Part shown: in pieces, positions 1 through 12,964 of the stretch
Position numbering within the stretch: the stretch's first letter is position 1
Layout: each line of letters begins with the position of its first letter
Origin: Octopus bimaculoides
Taxonomy: Eukaryota
Direction: 5' to 3'
Assembly: GCF_001194135.2 (NCBI RefSeq)
Contig: NC_068990.1
Location: 87,438,640 to 87,502,639 of the forward strand
DNA length: 64,000 nucleotides
Made by a program: the position numbers and the translations under genes
Notes under the pieces: generated by a model
What the model was told of the DNA's origin: nothing
The model's input: only the letters and a program-made list of their open reading frames with translations
The model's database searches: none

Positions 1-51
<51 letters not shown>

Positions 52-314
52 GTATATACATATACACACGTACATACATACATATATGCACACATATACG
101 CATATAGTTAGATAAATATAAGTAGATGTGTCCGGTCTTGAACGGCTGCGTCAATACCTAAAATAAATTATAGCCACATGGATCCGCTATATTTGAAATA
201 CTTTGCTTAATAAATGCGTTCAGTCATCAGTTGGTCCAGGAATATCGATTCACTCAGAGTTGTTGCATGCAAGCATTATGAAACGGTTCAAGCTGAGAAG
301 AAATCGACGTTTTA

Positions 315-440
315 CGAAGTGGCCAGCGTGGTGACTCGCCAAAACATAAGGCCGTTGGTTCGATTCCTGGACGGAACAGCACGTTGTGTCCTTGAAGAAA
401 ATAGAACATTTCGCTTTGTTCCAGTCTACCAGTTGTGAAA
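315..440 (+). mobile_element. Degenerate tRNA-derived SINE
   Basis: GGCCAGCGTGG head, B-box-like GGTTCGATTCC, then gttgtgtccttga core-like sequence. Confidence 0.5.
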
Positions 441-639
441 GAACCGACCAACTAGAGACGCAGACATCTCTTCATTCGGCTATCACATCCTCAAAACTGT
501 GCTGAGTCGAGTGCAGGAGGATCAAGAGGGTGCCTATATCTGCTTGCAGCTATATAGGCACCTAAAGTAATTAGTGAAAACGTAGTACACGATACTATAT
601 AAAAACCGTTTACGAGAGTCGACTGAGGATTTTTTTCCC

Positions 640-1470
640 AATATGCAATTAGCATCACGAAATTCCTTGAAACCATGATGATGAGAATTTATTTATTAAA
701 GGTAACCTCCCTAATATTTGAATTTACAATATTCTGTTTTGCGAATAATATAGTGGTTATGTCATCTTTTCATCTACCTAAATCACTAATTGGATGCTGC
801 GTAATTTCGGTGAGAGTGATAACGTTGAAACTACAAAGAAAATATTTCACTATCATCATACAATTAGACTCTCGTATACAAGAACACAGTGAAGAAGAGA
901 TATAATAATGAACAAATACACACTTATCAACAAATTTCACCATTTTATTCCAAATGTAATGAAATGCACCAGAACCAAAGAAAACAAAATTATAATGGGA
1001 GATTTTAATGCAAAAGTCGGCTGGGAAATACCGATAATAGATCAATATAAATGGAGTAAAGGAAATAAAAAATGAGTTAATCGATCCATTTTTATGAAAG
1101 AAACAATTCAGTAGCAACAGCGAAGAATAATTTTACATGTGGAAGAGTCCAGATGACAACAATATAGTCAATATACTGTATTGCTAGACTAACAGTTTGG
1201 AAACCGTATGAAACTTGTAAAACCATATCCTGGAGGATATATGTTTTTCAGATCAGAATGGAGTTGTAAAGCTATAAAATGAGAACAAATTAAAACCTAA
1301 CGCAAACAAATATAATTTGGAAATACAAGTATAAATAGAAATTAAAGAAACATAAAACAACGAACAAGTTAGATTAAATGGAACACAAAGCTTGCATGCG
1401 AACATCAGCAAGGAAATCACTTCCGGAAAAGCAGAAGAAATGGACAACTGTGAATTTAATCGATGGAGTA
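640..1470 (+). mobile_element. RTE-like LINE relic (AP endonuclease)
   Basis: IIMGDFNAKVG at 989-1021, YMWKSPD, and VKPYPG...SDQN fragments, with multiple stops and frameshifts. Confidence 0.75.
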
Positions 1471-2511
1471 TCCCGTCATGTGTTGTATGTGAATATGCCC
1501 CTAATCTATTTTCCTTTTTATTGCCTGTGACAGCTGATGATATAAGTACTAAAGCTGAACCCGAAGTTGAATGATAAATTTTTATGGGTTTTATTGAAAA
1601 ATAGCTGTTCAGGAAGTGAATCTAGAATGGGTATTAGTAATAGATGGCCAAGTGGAACTGAGCATCTATGCGGATCTCTTAAATCTCTTCTTTTAGCCAT
1701 ATAGACATTCCATATTTGGATGAGTTTTTCCCTTTCCCATTGAGTTAATTGAAGTCCCATCATCTTTCAAATTGTTCATCATCTTTCAAATTTGTCATCT
1801 TTCAAATTATATATTGAAATACAACCAAAATATAATAGGTTTAACTGCATGTAAGGTCTGACTAAGAAGCATGTCTGGTATCATGTTAATCGTTCTTAAC
1901 AGTTCTGTTGTAATGAATAAGAATGGAACGGACTCGTTGCAACATTGAGCGAATTGAAACAAAGCTGTGATTTTGACGGTTTAAACGTTGTTAATGAATC
2001 TGTTTTCTCCATCCAGCGTGAGGTTAGATATATATGTGCTTAACGCATGTGCAAGAATAGTAATGAATTGGACTGCTGACATTTTGAAGATATGTGTAGG
2101 GCTTTTAATCCTTACATGTTCATGTAATGACGTATTGTACGCCAGTAGAGATTATTTATTGTCTTGTACATAGGATCGTATTATCTGGGCAATGTCTTAT
2201 TATTGGAGACACCTTACAAAACCTGAGGGAGATAATGAAAACAATTGCTAAATGAACAGAGAAAATTAAACTACTGCTGAAATGCATAAGTTTGACACCC
2301 TCCTGATGTTTTAAATGGAAATCTTGAATGTGTATTCAAACATTCAGTTGGTAGTGTTATGAATGTTGTGCAACTGGCCCCAATTAAACATATGATTACA
2401 TTAATCAAAGCTAATTAACGGTGTGCGAATAGATGCAAGTGATTCGGTAAAGTTTGGGTATAACTACAGTTTTGTATCACCACTCCAAGTTTGTTTCCTT
2501 GTAACATGATG

Positions 2512-2691
2512 GTTTAAAATTTTGGCACAAGGCCAGCAATTTCAGGGGAGGGGATAAGTCGATTACATCGACCCCAGTGCTTAACTAGTACTTAATTTAC
2601 CGATCCCGAGAGGATAAAAGGCAAAGTAGACCTGTGTGGAATTTGAATGCAGAACATTAAAACCGACGAAATGCCGCTAAGCATTTTGCCC
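2512..2691 (-). mobile_element. tRNA-derived SINE, main family (5'-truncated)
   Basis: Similar to the full copies at 11073, 22275 and 62388 (gtcgattacatcgacccc...ggataaaaggcaaagt...gaatttgaa). Confidence 0.85.
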
Positions 2692-4650
2692 AAAATAATG
2701 CACAGTTTTAAAGAAATTTTGCAAAGATACGCTATCGAAAGTGTCGATGACGGTTACATTGCTGATATTTTTTTAATTAAAAGCTTTTCTTAATTTAAAA
2801 AAGGAGGTTCTTTCCTTTTTAACCGATTCATAAATGTACTCACGATCATTAACATCAATAAAAACGAATGATATCCCGATAATCAATCTAAAATTGAAGG
2901 CACAATAAAGAATTTCCAGCTTATGTTTAGTCTATTATAGCATAAATCAAAAAATATTCTGTAATTATACTTTCGATTTGTATTGTAGTAGGCTGAGAAT
3001 ATTTGTTATAGTGCCTTTCAGTTAGATGTTGATAAAGAAGACTATCAACCAGGATAAAAATCATGCATTTTTTTAATATTGTGCAATGATTATGAGAAAG
3101 TTATTCAATGATTAAAAATGGTATGTACTACTTTCTTTGTGAGTAAAAAATATTGAAGCGCTTAAGAAAATTGTAGATGATGATTATCATTATCTACATT
3201 TGTCTACATTTACATTAAAAATATGCATTATCAAGAAAGTTATGAGGAAACAAAGCCGGGGTGGGGCTATAGTTATGCCAATGTTTGTATACCACCCAAG
3301 TTGAAAATATAAAATTCTTTACAGTTTCTCTGCTCAGAAGAATTTTTGGATTTGCAATCCATGGAGATAGACCAAGAAGCGTAAGTTGGAGAAATGACGA
3401 CGGAAAGTCGAGATTATAAAGGGCAATCTTTTATTAACAAACGAATTATTGTTGTTATAATTACAACCAAAGAAAACGAAATGCTTTACGATAGATCTAT
3501 TTTGGAAACCGAAGTAATTTTTCAACAAAAGGTTTTTCTTTTACAAAGATTGAAAGCAACAAAATCGTTTTAGTCGTTTGAAGGCTAAAATCACAGACGT
3601 AGATTTTTTGATTACATAACTGCTATTTTTAAATATGAGAGAAATCAATGCTAGCAAAGTGGAAATGAGTGAGCATACAGAAAGAAAAGCAATTTAAAAA
3701 ATGGAGAATTAAATCAAAGACTGAAAATATTTACTGTACTTGAGCAGTGTGATGGTAAGGACCAGAACGTATGTAGTATCAGGTGGTGATGCAGCTATTA
3801 TTTTGACGGTCGATTGTGAATGAAGAATGATGTAGCTAGTATTACTAGCATATTGGTCGACATTTGCAACGGCGAAGTGGCAGAGTTGCCTTAGAGCATG
3901 CTGACGATACCCATTATACATTACAAATTTTAAACACACATCAGTATTTTAATCTAAGGCTGTTATAAATGCATTTATTTATTGGTTAACTTTTGCATAA
4001 ATCAATGAATATTTTGTCTATCGATTTCCATATCGGAACAAGTATTTTTCTACTTAGCTCAGAACATCAAGGGTGTTAGTCATTGAGGACACCAAGTCAA
4101 GTAGAAACACCGTCTCTGGCGCTCACTCGCTTTCTGAGCAAAGCTCTGTGTTTTTAATATGTCTTTTTCAAACAAATTGCATCTAACGCAATCACACAGT
4201 TTTACATGAATTATATGTTTACACACCGGAATTTTAGGGAAAATGTAATTTCAAGAAGCAACATATAACGAATCTTAAATACAAATTTAAAGTAGAGATG
4301 GAAAACGAAATAAAATATTAATGATAAAGATGACATAATAGCTTAGTTTCATCATTTCTAGAGATTTAAAACGGTAATGACTGAAAAGGAAGACAAATTA
4401 ATGAAAGACACCGAAAAAAGAAAAAAAAAACAAAGAAACCAGAAAAAGAATGAAGCAATGGAATATTGATGCGAAAAAGAAATGCAATTAAAATTTACTA
4501 ATATTTAAAGGTGGAAATGAATTTGTCATTACTTAACAGATGCGTGCTTTGAAGACGATAAATCGGCGGAAGTAAGTGTCAGGTTTACACATGCGCTGTA
4601 AAAATGGCCAGAAGATGTGACGCAGCAAAATTCTTTTTAAATCTCTTTTT

Positions 4651-4686
<36 letters not shown>

Positions 4687-4969
4687 GAGTTGCGTGTGTC
4701 TGTGCTTGTGTATGTGATTCTGTGTTTAATATAACATAATGCAATATAATATGTAGTTCATATCCGTAAAACATGCAAAAATTACCGAACGCCTACAAAA
4801 CTCCAGGTATATATAATTTGAAATATTAGTAAAAATATAGAAGAAGGAAATAATTCCGGTAAGAATTGAACGGGAAAAGAACTTAGAATTTAAAAGTTCC
4901 AAAGGAGTCATGTAAGGTTATCTACTCTCTCTAGTCTATTTAACTTATACGCTAAAGTCTTTAAAAAAT

Positions 4970-5660
4970 AATGCTACCTTGTCTACAAAAGTCTGTAACT
5001 ACACTAAACGACAAAGGAATGATCGATGGAAATGGAATGAGTGTAAAGGAATCAATGGTAAACAGCAAGACACAACAATCACCAAGAATAAGGCAGACCA
5101 ATTCAAAGATAATATATTTGAACTATATCAAAACGGGAGAAGTGGAAGTAAAATCAACAGAAAAATTGTGATAGACAGAAATCATGTGAAAAATATCAAG
5201 CATACTAACACCAAAAAACATTAAAATCGAAACCAGAAAGAAAAGTTAAAATGTTTTATACGATCCATTCTTTTATAGAAGGAACTTAAAATATAGGTAT
5301 TAACCAAAGTATTATGAAGTAGATTATAATCCATTAAGATGTGGGAACATAAAAGACTTTTGAGAAAACCATAAAAAAAGTATAAAACAAGTAAGGAACT
5401 ACTAAAAACAAAACAAAAAAAAAGGAAATTATACTAGTCTCTATCAAGCAGAAAAAAATTGAAGTAGTTTATATATTTAATTGATAAAAAAAAAAGAAGA
5501 AAAAGAATACAAAATGAACTAGAAAATATTAAGAGGAAAATCAAGAATTATACGGCTGGATAAAATCTAGAGTCGGACAGACTTTCTAATTCAATAAATA
5601 TATAAGTAGAAGAATGAATAAGATGGCGATCCATGCTGAGAGCCACGATAGCTGATAATA
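4970..5660 (+). mobile_element. Highly decayed RTE-like LINE fragments
   Basis: A-rich coding-like sequence, a VDYNPL (SDHNPL-like) segment, and a 3' end tggcgatccatg resembling RTE C-termini. Confidence 0.4.
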
Positions 5661-5718
5661 ACGAGGAGCAAACACACGCACACACACAGACACACAGACA
5701 TACACACACACATATATA

Positions 5719-5988
5719 CAGGGGTTGGACAAAATAATGGAAACACCTAGCATTTAAACATCATGATTTTGAAATGTCTATAAAACCGTCAAAAGTTTGT
5801 TTATTTTTGTGATTTTTTGGTTTATTATTAGTGTTGCTTAATATGTTTTGCTAACACTGATGTTTCGTTTCAGATATCATCAGAAAAAGCTAATTAAAAT
5901 TCATTAAAATGACAGATCTATCGGACTTTCAAAGAGGTCAAATTTTGTTGGTGCTCGTATGGTAGGCGCTAGCATAACGAAAACAGCC
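5719..5988 (+). mobile_element. Tc1-like DNA transposon, 5' fragment
   Basis: TA|CAGGGGTTGGACAAAATAATGGAAACACC terminus. An ATG at 5909 gives MTDLSDFQRGQI, and after a frameshift VGARMVGASITKTA, a typical Tc1 transposase N-terminus. Confidence 0.85.
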
Positions 5989-6689
5989 TAGAAAATACTT
6001 ATAAATTCCCATTTTGATATGCATTTATCAAATTATATTTTCCAAGTTCTTTTGTTATGACAAAACTGACTTTTATTAACTACCACATAGTTATTTTGCA
6101 CTACAAGATATACTTCTGGGAATATAAAGGTTGCTTTAATATTTTCAACGCTACTTTATGCAGACATATCAATAAAAAACATTTCTCCAAAAATTTTTGA
6201 TATGTATATCTACGACCAACTGTCATTGGGTGTTTGATATTATTCCAAATTTAATAACTTAGCGAGTGAATACGATTAGACGAATAACGGATACAATACA
6301 AAATTAAACGTAACTTAGAAAAACTGCGCAAATTGAGAATCAGATCAATAAATATTGCCCGGGCAGTTTTCTGTATCTTCATATCAAGACTACTTGTAAA
6401 TCCATACGCTTTATACGACTGAAAAACACATTTTGTCATATCGTGGGTCCTGAAAATATAAAGAACGGATATAATCAGCGTATGATATTATATTGAAACG
6501 GCATGAACGACAACACACACACACACTACATACGCACATATATATTTACACACATATGCGAATATGTCTCTCTTTGTGTGCGTGTGTGTGTATATATATA
6601 CATTTATATATATATACATATATATATACATACTTACATACATACATACACACATACATACATACACACATACATACATACATATATAA

Positions 6690-6789
6690 TATATGTAGTT
6701 GAAATTTATGGAAAAACTAAAGACGAAGACAGGTGTATGCACAACAAGCAAGTGTATTAGTTTGACGCTTGGGAAAATGAAAAAGTCTT
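6690..6789 (-). repeat. (TA)n-anchored dispersed repeat, copy 1
   Basis: Similar to 28515-28660 and to the reverse complement of 48963-49090 (aaagacgaagacaggtgt...gtgtattagtttgacgct). Confidence 0.75.
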
Positions 6790-9342
6790 ATATATATATA
6801 TATATATATATATNNNNNNNNNNNNNNNNNNNNNNNNNNNNNNNNNNNNNNNNNNNNNNNNNNNNNNNNNNNNNNNNNNNNNNNNNNNNNNNNNNNNNNN
6901 NNNNNNNNNNNNNNNNNNNNNNNNNNNNNNNNNNNNNNNNNNNNNNNNNNNNNNNNNNNNNNNNNNNNNNNNNNNNNNNNNNNNNNNNNNAATTAATAAA
7001 ATTAAATAAATGAATAAGAGTAAATGAGTGAGCATTTTTCACTCATTTATTCTTATTCATTTATTAATTTATTCATTTGCTTATTTCATTTGTTTGTTTT
7101 GATTACTTATACATATAATTGTAATTAATTAATAATTAGATCTAAATGAATGTTCACAGGCTGATATTAGTCGATTGATTATCTTCTCCATTTTCTTATT
7201 TGCCTTATAAATTCTGGATAAATTTCTGTTTTACTCCCACTCATATCTAGTATTCAATTGCGATACTGCCCTACAGCAGTAAGCACTTGGATATAGATAC
7301 GTAAGTACACATCCAGTAATATATTAGATATTTGTTATCCCTTAGATGGTTGCTTAACCTCTAACTCATATATATATATATACACACACGATGTATTAGC
7401 TCCGCGCCTGCCCACCCTAAAAACTGTACCTGCTGGTGGCGTCCAATGTGCAACGTCATGTATTGCTGAATAAGGAAACCTATGTAACAACTGGAATAAA
7501 GGTGTAATAAGTTATACCCGTGTTCTTTTCCTCTTATGCACACAAACGGGATATGGTAGTTTGACCTTAGAGTCCCTCTTAGCGTGAGGCATTCATGTAT
7601 ANNNNNNNNNNTGCGTGCTTGTATGTCAGTGTGTATGCGCGTGCGCGTGTTTTGTGTGTGTCTGTATCTGTGTCAGTGTATACGTGTATGGTGTATGTGT
7701 ATATACATGCATATATGTGTATTATAAGCATATGCATACACACAGACACACACACATATATGAAGAAAGATAGATTGCCAGTTAGGTATATAATTAGAAA
7801 AATAAATAAATACAGGTAAGTGGAGAGTGGGAGGGAAATGAAGAGGAAGCGAAAGAAAGAAACAAGCAAAACAAAAACAAAAAAAGATTAATGATTAATA
7901 AAAATAATGAAAACTGCTGCAGGTGTGAAATAATAGTCGATGGACACAGCTTCGTGTTAAACTCTATCGTGAAGATAATAAGAAAATACCAGGAAAATCT
8001 ACAGAAGCAGAAGCTTAATTATTAAATTTATTACGTGGTGGAATGCACCGGTTTACAATGGTTAATATAACATCTTGTTATTGCAGTAAAGCGATGTAAA
8101 TTATCAACGATACGGAAAACGCAATTTCTCGCCGGTTGTATATGAAATGCTTCGTGGTAGCATTAAAAACTAATAAAATTCTGTATTGTAATAATGTAGA
8201 ATTGTTTGTTACGCCACGACCATCAAAGCATCACCACCACCACCACCACCACCACCACNNNNNNNNNNNNNNNNNNNNNNNNNNNNNNNNNNNNNNNNNN
8301 NNNNNNNNNNNNNNNNNNNNNNNNNNNNNNNNNNNNNNNNNNNNNNNNNNNNNNNNNNNNNNNNNNNNNNNNNNNNNNNNNNNNNNNNNNNNNNNNNNNN
8401 NNNNNNNNNNNNNNNNNNNNNNNNNNNNNNNNNNNNNNNNNNNNNNNNNNNNNNNNNNNNNNNNNNNNNNNNNNNNNNNNNNNNNNNNNNNNNNNNNNNN
8501 NNNNNNNNNNNNNNNNNNNNNNNNNNNNNNNNNNNNNNNNNNNNNNNNNNNNNNNNNNNNNNNNNNNNNNNNNNNNNNNNNNNNNNNNNNNNNNNNNNNN
8601 NNNNNNNNNNNNNNNNNNNNNNNNNNNNNNNNNNNNNNNNNNNNNNNNNNNNNNNNNNNNNNNNNNNNNNNNNNNNNNNNNNNNNNNNNNNNNNNNNNNN
8701 NNNNNNNNNNNNNNNNNNNNNNNNNNNNNNNNNNNNNNNNNNNNNNNNNNNNNNNACCACCACCATCAGCGCCATCACCACGACTATATATATAGCAACA
8801 GCAAAAACAAACCACATCCTGTAACTCCAACAAAACAGTCACTACAAACAATCTTCACACAAACACCTGCAGCGACACCAGGACCGCAACAAACATAACC
8901 ACCACCGCAACACCACAACCGCTACACCACCATTACTACCATAACAACAAAAACAAAAACAAAAACAACACAACAGCATCAACAATATTTAAATGGCCGT
9001 TAGTTATCTTTCTGGTCTAATGGCGTTAAGTGGACGTAAAAAGTCTCCTGCAAGCAAAAACGGAATGTAAATCTGACATTTTCAAAACGTCTAGGACCTG
9101 CTGCTGGCTGCAAGACGAAATGGATGGAGGAGAATTAAGTGTTTGGCCAGAATACACAACAGAACCAGTATTCTTTCTTTGCTAGCGTTTTATGATAGGC
9201 ACACACAAATACACAGAACTGATACATCATATATGTATATACATCTATGAGTATATTTAGCTCGTCTGAAGAAACGCATATGTATATGTATAAATATGTG
9301 TGTGTGTGCGTGCATATATATATATACATACTTACATATATA

Positions 9343-9700
9343 CTGGGTGCGTAAGATATTTGTGGACAGATTTATGTTTATATAAAAAAAACCCAGATAT
9401 ATGATAACAGATAACTTTATTTAGCAAAAAATGCTATGTGGATAAAAAGAAACCTTCTTTTCTATAATGTTATTCAATAAAGCCACCTTCAGCTTCAACA
9501 ACTTCTTCTAAATGAGATCTAAATCCTCTCCATGCTCGAATCAAGTGTTCCTGCTTCGTTTTGGACATTACTCTGACTATGGCAGCTTTCGAAGAATCTT
9601 TGGTGTTATAGGCGTGTTCACTGACCTCTCTCTCAACAACGCACCACATGTGATAGTCCAATGGATTGAGATCTAGGGAATTAGCTGTCAGTGAGGTATG
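9343..9700 (-). mobile_element. maT/DD37D-like mariner relic (transposase C-terminus and end)
   Basis: NSLDLNPLDYHMWCVVEREV...KAAIVRVM...LEEVVEAEGGFIE*. The LNPLD motif places D as the third catalytic residue. TA-flanked end at 9341-9343. Confidence 0.8.
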
Positions 9701-10363
9701 GCAAATGCAAATCTACAAAAGTTCTGAATGATGTCAATGCCAAATTTTCCCTAGTTTCTGTAGTTATTTATAACAATTTTAATGCCCTGGAGAGCTGGAA
9801 TTTCAATTCCTATTGTTGCCATGCTGTCTTGTACTCTGCTATTAATTCTTCATAATGAATTTGTTTTTTTAAAAATAGGTTTCCAAAATAATAATTATTG
9901 TTTAACGGGCGTATTTTTATGTTGTTACCGTATATTAACCTATATAACTTTTGGGTTGTTCCCAAAATTTATTTTATCTAATGCTGCGTATTTTGACCTG
10001 TTATTGAAGACTCTTATATATGTTTGTTGTTGAGATCATCTGAATATCCACAAGCATTTGTTCAGTGTATCCATACGAAAAAGTAACAATTATTGCTTTT
10101 CACGAAGTTTTTTCTGCTGTAACCATATTATTTTATCCGCTTTGTTATGAAAAACGTATATTTTAAGCCTCAAATTAGTGTTCCAATACATATAGGTGAC
10201 TCATATATTGAGACCAGTACTTAACTGGTACTTATTTTTGTTTTCTCATTGTCACTCATATGAGGTAGCGATTATCAGGTTGCGCAGTTACCAGTGTTTT
10301 TATTGTGACACCATCACTAGATGCATCATCAATCAGGACATGGGGAGATTCCAACCGCTTCTT

Positions 10364-10365
<2 letters not shown>

Positions 10366-10436
<71 letters not shown>

Positions 10437-10500
10437 CATCATCATCATCATCATTATCATCATCATCATCATCATCATTATTATTATTATTATTATTAGT
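10366..10500. repeat. (ATT)n/(ATC)n compound microsatellite
   Basis: Direct reading. Confidence 0.98.
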
Positions 10501-11072
10501 ATTATGATGATGACGATGATGGCGGTGAATAAACAAAATCGTTAGATGCCAGAAAAATTCTTAGTCATTTGTTTCTTGAGATTCTGAATTCAAATCACAC
10601 CTTTGTCTTTCAACCCTTCCGCCTCTATGAAATCTCGTACTATCGAATAGGGAGGGCGATTTAATCGATCAAATTCTCTCACTATAGTTCAGGGCGCGTG
10701 GCTGAAATCGGGACAGAGAAGAGCCTTGCGGTTTTTTTCTCCGGCTTTTAACCTTCTGAACTCAAATGTTGAAATAAATTTTACTTTTCATCCCTCCAAG
10801 GCCGATAGATTCAAGTCTCGGCCAAGTACTGGGATCAATGGCACAAAGGTTGAAATTTGAAGACAGGGGGTTGATATTTTAATGTGTAATGCCCGCTAAT
10901 TGTTTCACTGAGACATGTAACGCCTCTCACTCGCAATATCCTTTCTATATACCGTGTAAGAATATTTCGGTGCCATAAACCTATCAAACCGAGTTAGATT
11001 GATTGCTATGAGAAGTGAATAGAATATATTGCGAGAAATATGGCGTATCCAATTCTTGAAGCGATATAAATT

Positions 11073-11293
11073 AATAATCCGTTCTACTCTAGGCACAAGG
11101 CCTGACATTTGGTGGGAAGGGGGGTCAGTCGATTAGATCGACCCAGTACGCAACTGGTACTTTATTAATCGACCTCGAAAGGATGAAAAGCAAAGTCGAC
11201 CTCGGCGGGATTTGAACTCAGAACGTAACGGCAGACGAAATACCGCTAAACATTTCGCCTGGCGTGCTAACGTTTCTGCTAGCTCGCCGCCTT
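11073..11293 (-). mobile_element. tRNA-derived SINE, main family, near full length
   Basis: On the minus strand: AAGGCGGCGAGCTAGCAGAAACGTTAGC head (A-box-like), GAGTTCAAATCCC B-box, CTTTTCATCCTTTCGAGGTCGA central domain, tgtgcctagagtagaa tail. Confidence 0.92.
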
Positions 11294-12521
11294 TTACTTT
11301 GTATTTCTATCAACACAATTTACCGGTACAACGAGGATAGTATCCCGTATAAAAGAACCATCGACCACGACGGCAACAATTACAACAGCAACAACAGCGA
11401 TCCCAAATAACAACGTACCACGTCGCTATTTCTTGTTTATTACAATCATATTCACATATCTAATCAAGTTTCTGAAAATTTTGAAAAATACATTGCTTAA
11501 AAGTTACTTCATTAAAACACCCAATCAAGCACGGTGGGAGGATACACATCTTGTATAATATAATCATTATTTGAAACTGTTTTGGGAAGACTACTCTTGC
11601 CTAATGGATTATTAAAAATAACTACTTTCGAGGTAGGTCAGTGCTGTTCTTTGTTTTCCATTTTTTTTTTTAATAAATTTCGGCATGGACTTTGTGTGAA
11701 GGTAAATGGTATGCATAGTTATCAGGTACAGTAACAGCAAACAACAAGAAAGCATAAAGTGCTAATTGCTGATAAAACTTCTTGATGTCTGTGTTTACAA
11801 TTTTGTGTAATAGTTATTAACTAAAATAAAACTTTTTGATGTATGAAATTATAACTTTCCATGACAGTTTTAAAAAAATTCGGAAGACGAGAAATACTGG
11901 GTATTGCAGTAGTTATATTTGTATGCATCAATAAGAACAAAAAAAACGCATTATCTATTTTTTTTTACTTGTTTTAGTCATTAGACTGCAGCCATGCTGG
12001 GTCGCAGCCTTGTTGAAGTAAAAAAAAATCTTTGTGTAGGGTACGCATAAAAATTTATAAAAATTATGAGTAAACGCAGAACAACATATCTTTCTTTCAC
12101 ACATACCCTTACACACACTCTCTACCACACACGCTCCCCCCACACTCTCTCTCTCTCTCACACTCACTTTTTCTCACACACACACATATATAATTAAATG
12201 GAATGAACCAAGAAGCATAACAAATCTAATGGATAAAATGTGATATATAAGAACTACAGGGAAGCCTTTGAACACGATATCTTGAACCTAATAAAGAAAA
12301 TAATATACATAACTTATTTTAACACTTTGAAAAACGCTCTCAAGAACGATTTAAAGCATTACCATAACTCTAGAAAACTCAGGCGAAAAAAAAATTTATG
12401 ACGTTGTGAAAGTTACCCCCCACAAAAACCTTTAAGAAAACTAACCCATCAATGTCTCATTTTTGAGAGAGGCTTTACAATTTGGCCAAAGACATGCTAC
12501 AATCACAGATCAATCAGTCAG

Positions 12522-12552
<31 letters not shown>

Positions 12553-12669
12553 NNNNNNNNNNNNNNNNNNNNNNNNNNNNNNNNNNNTATATATATCTGT
12601 CTGTCTCTATTTCTTTCTCTGCCCAAAATTCCCTTCTTTCGATGGTGCTTAATAGATAAAGCGTAACGG

Positions 12670-12900
12670 ACTAGATTGCAAACTCTTCTATGGGCTGCTC
12701 TGACGGAGCAGAGATCTGCAATATTCTATGATTATTTATTTTAGATAGCCTGCTAACTAGATTTAGTATCATAGAAGAAAGACTGAACAGAGATGGCAGT
12801 CTGATATTAACAGGCAATAAAAATGGCCACCAGTTAGACCGATTAGAAAAGATTTAACACTTTTAGAAGGTTTCATCTTAGAATTACTGTGATCGGAATT
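12670..12900 (+). mobile_element. Penelope-like retroelement RT relic
   Basis: MGCSDGAEIC (similar to MGSYDGAEVC), NRDGSL (similar to YRDDGL) and NGHQLDRL(R)KDL segments. Confidence 0.65.
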
Positions 12901-12931
12901 ATTTTCACACAAAGATCCTCAAATCCTGGAA

Positions 12932-12964
<33 letters not shown>

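Noticed and set aside
4072-4130. Hammerhead-like fragment (ttgagga...gaaacaccgtc with weak flanking pairing)
   Set aside because: The first box is non-canonical, stem II does not close next to GAAA, and stem I relies on many G-U pairs. At best a very decayed relic.
5855-5890. CUGAUGA...GAAAC on the minus strand within the Tc1 5' region
   Set aside because: No stem II or III pairing, so it is a chance match.
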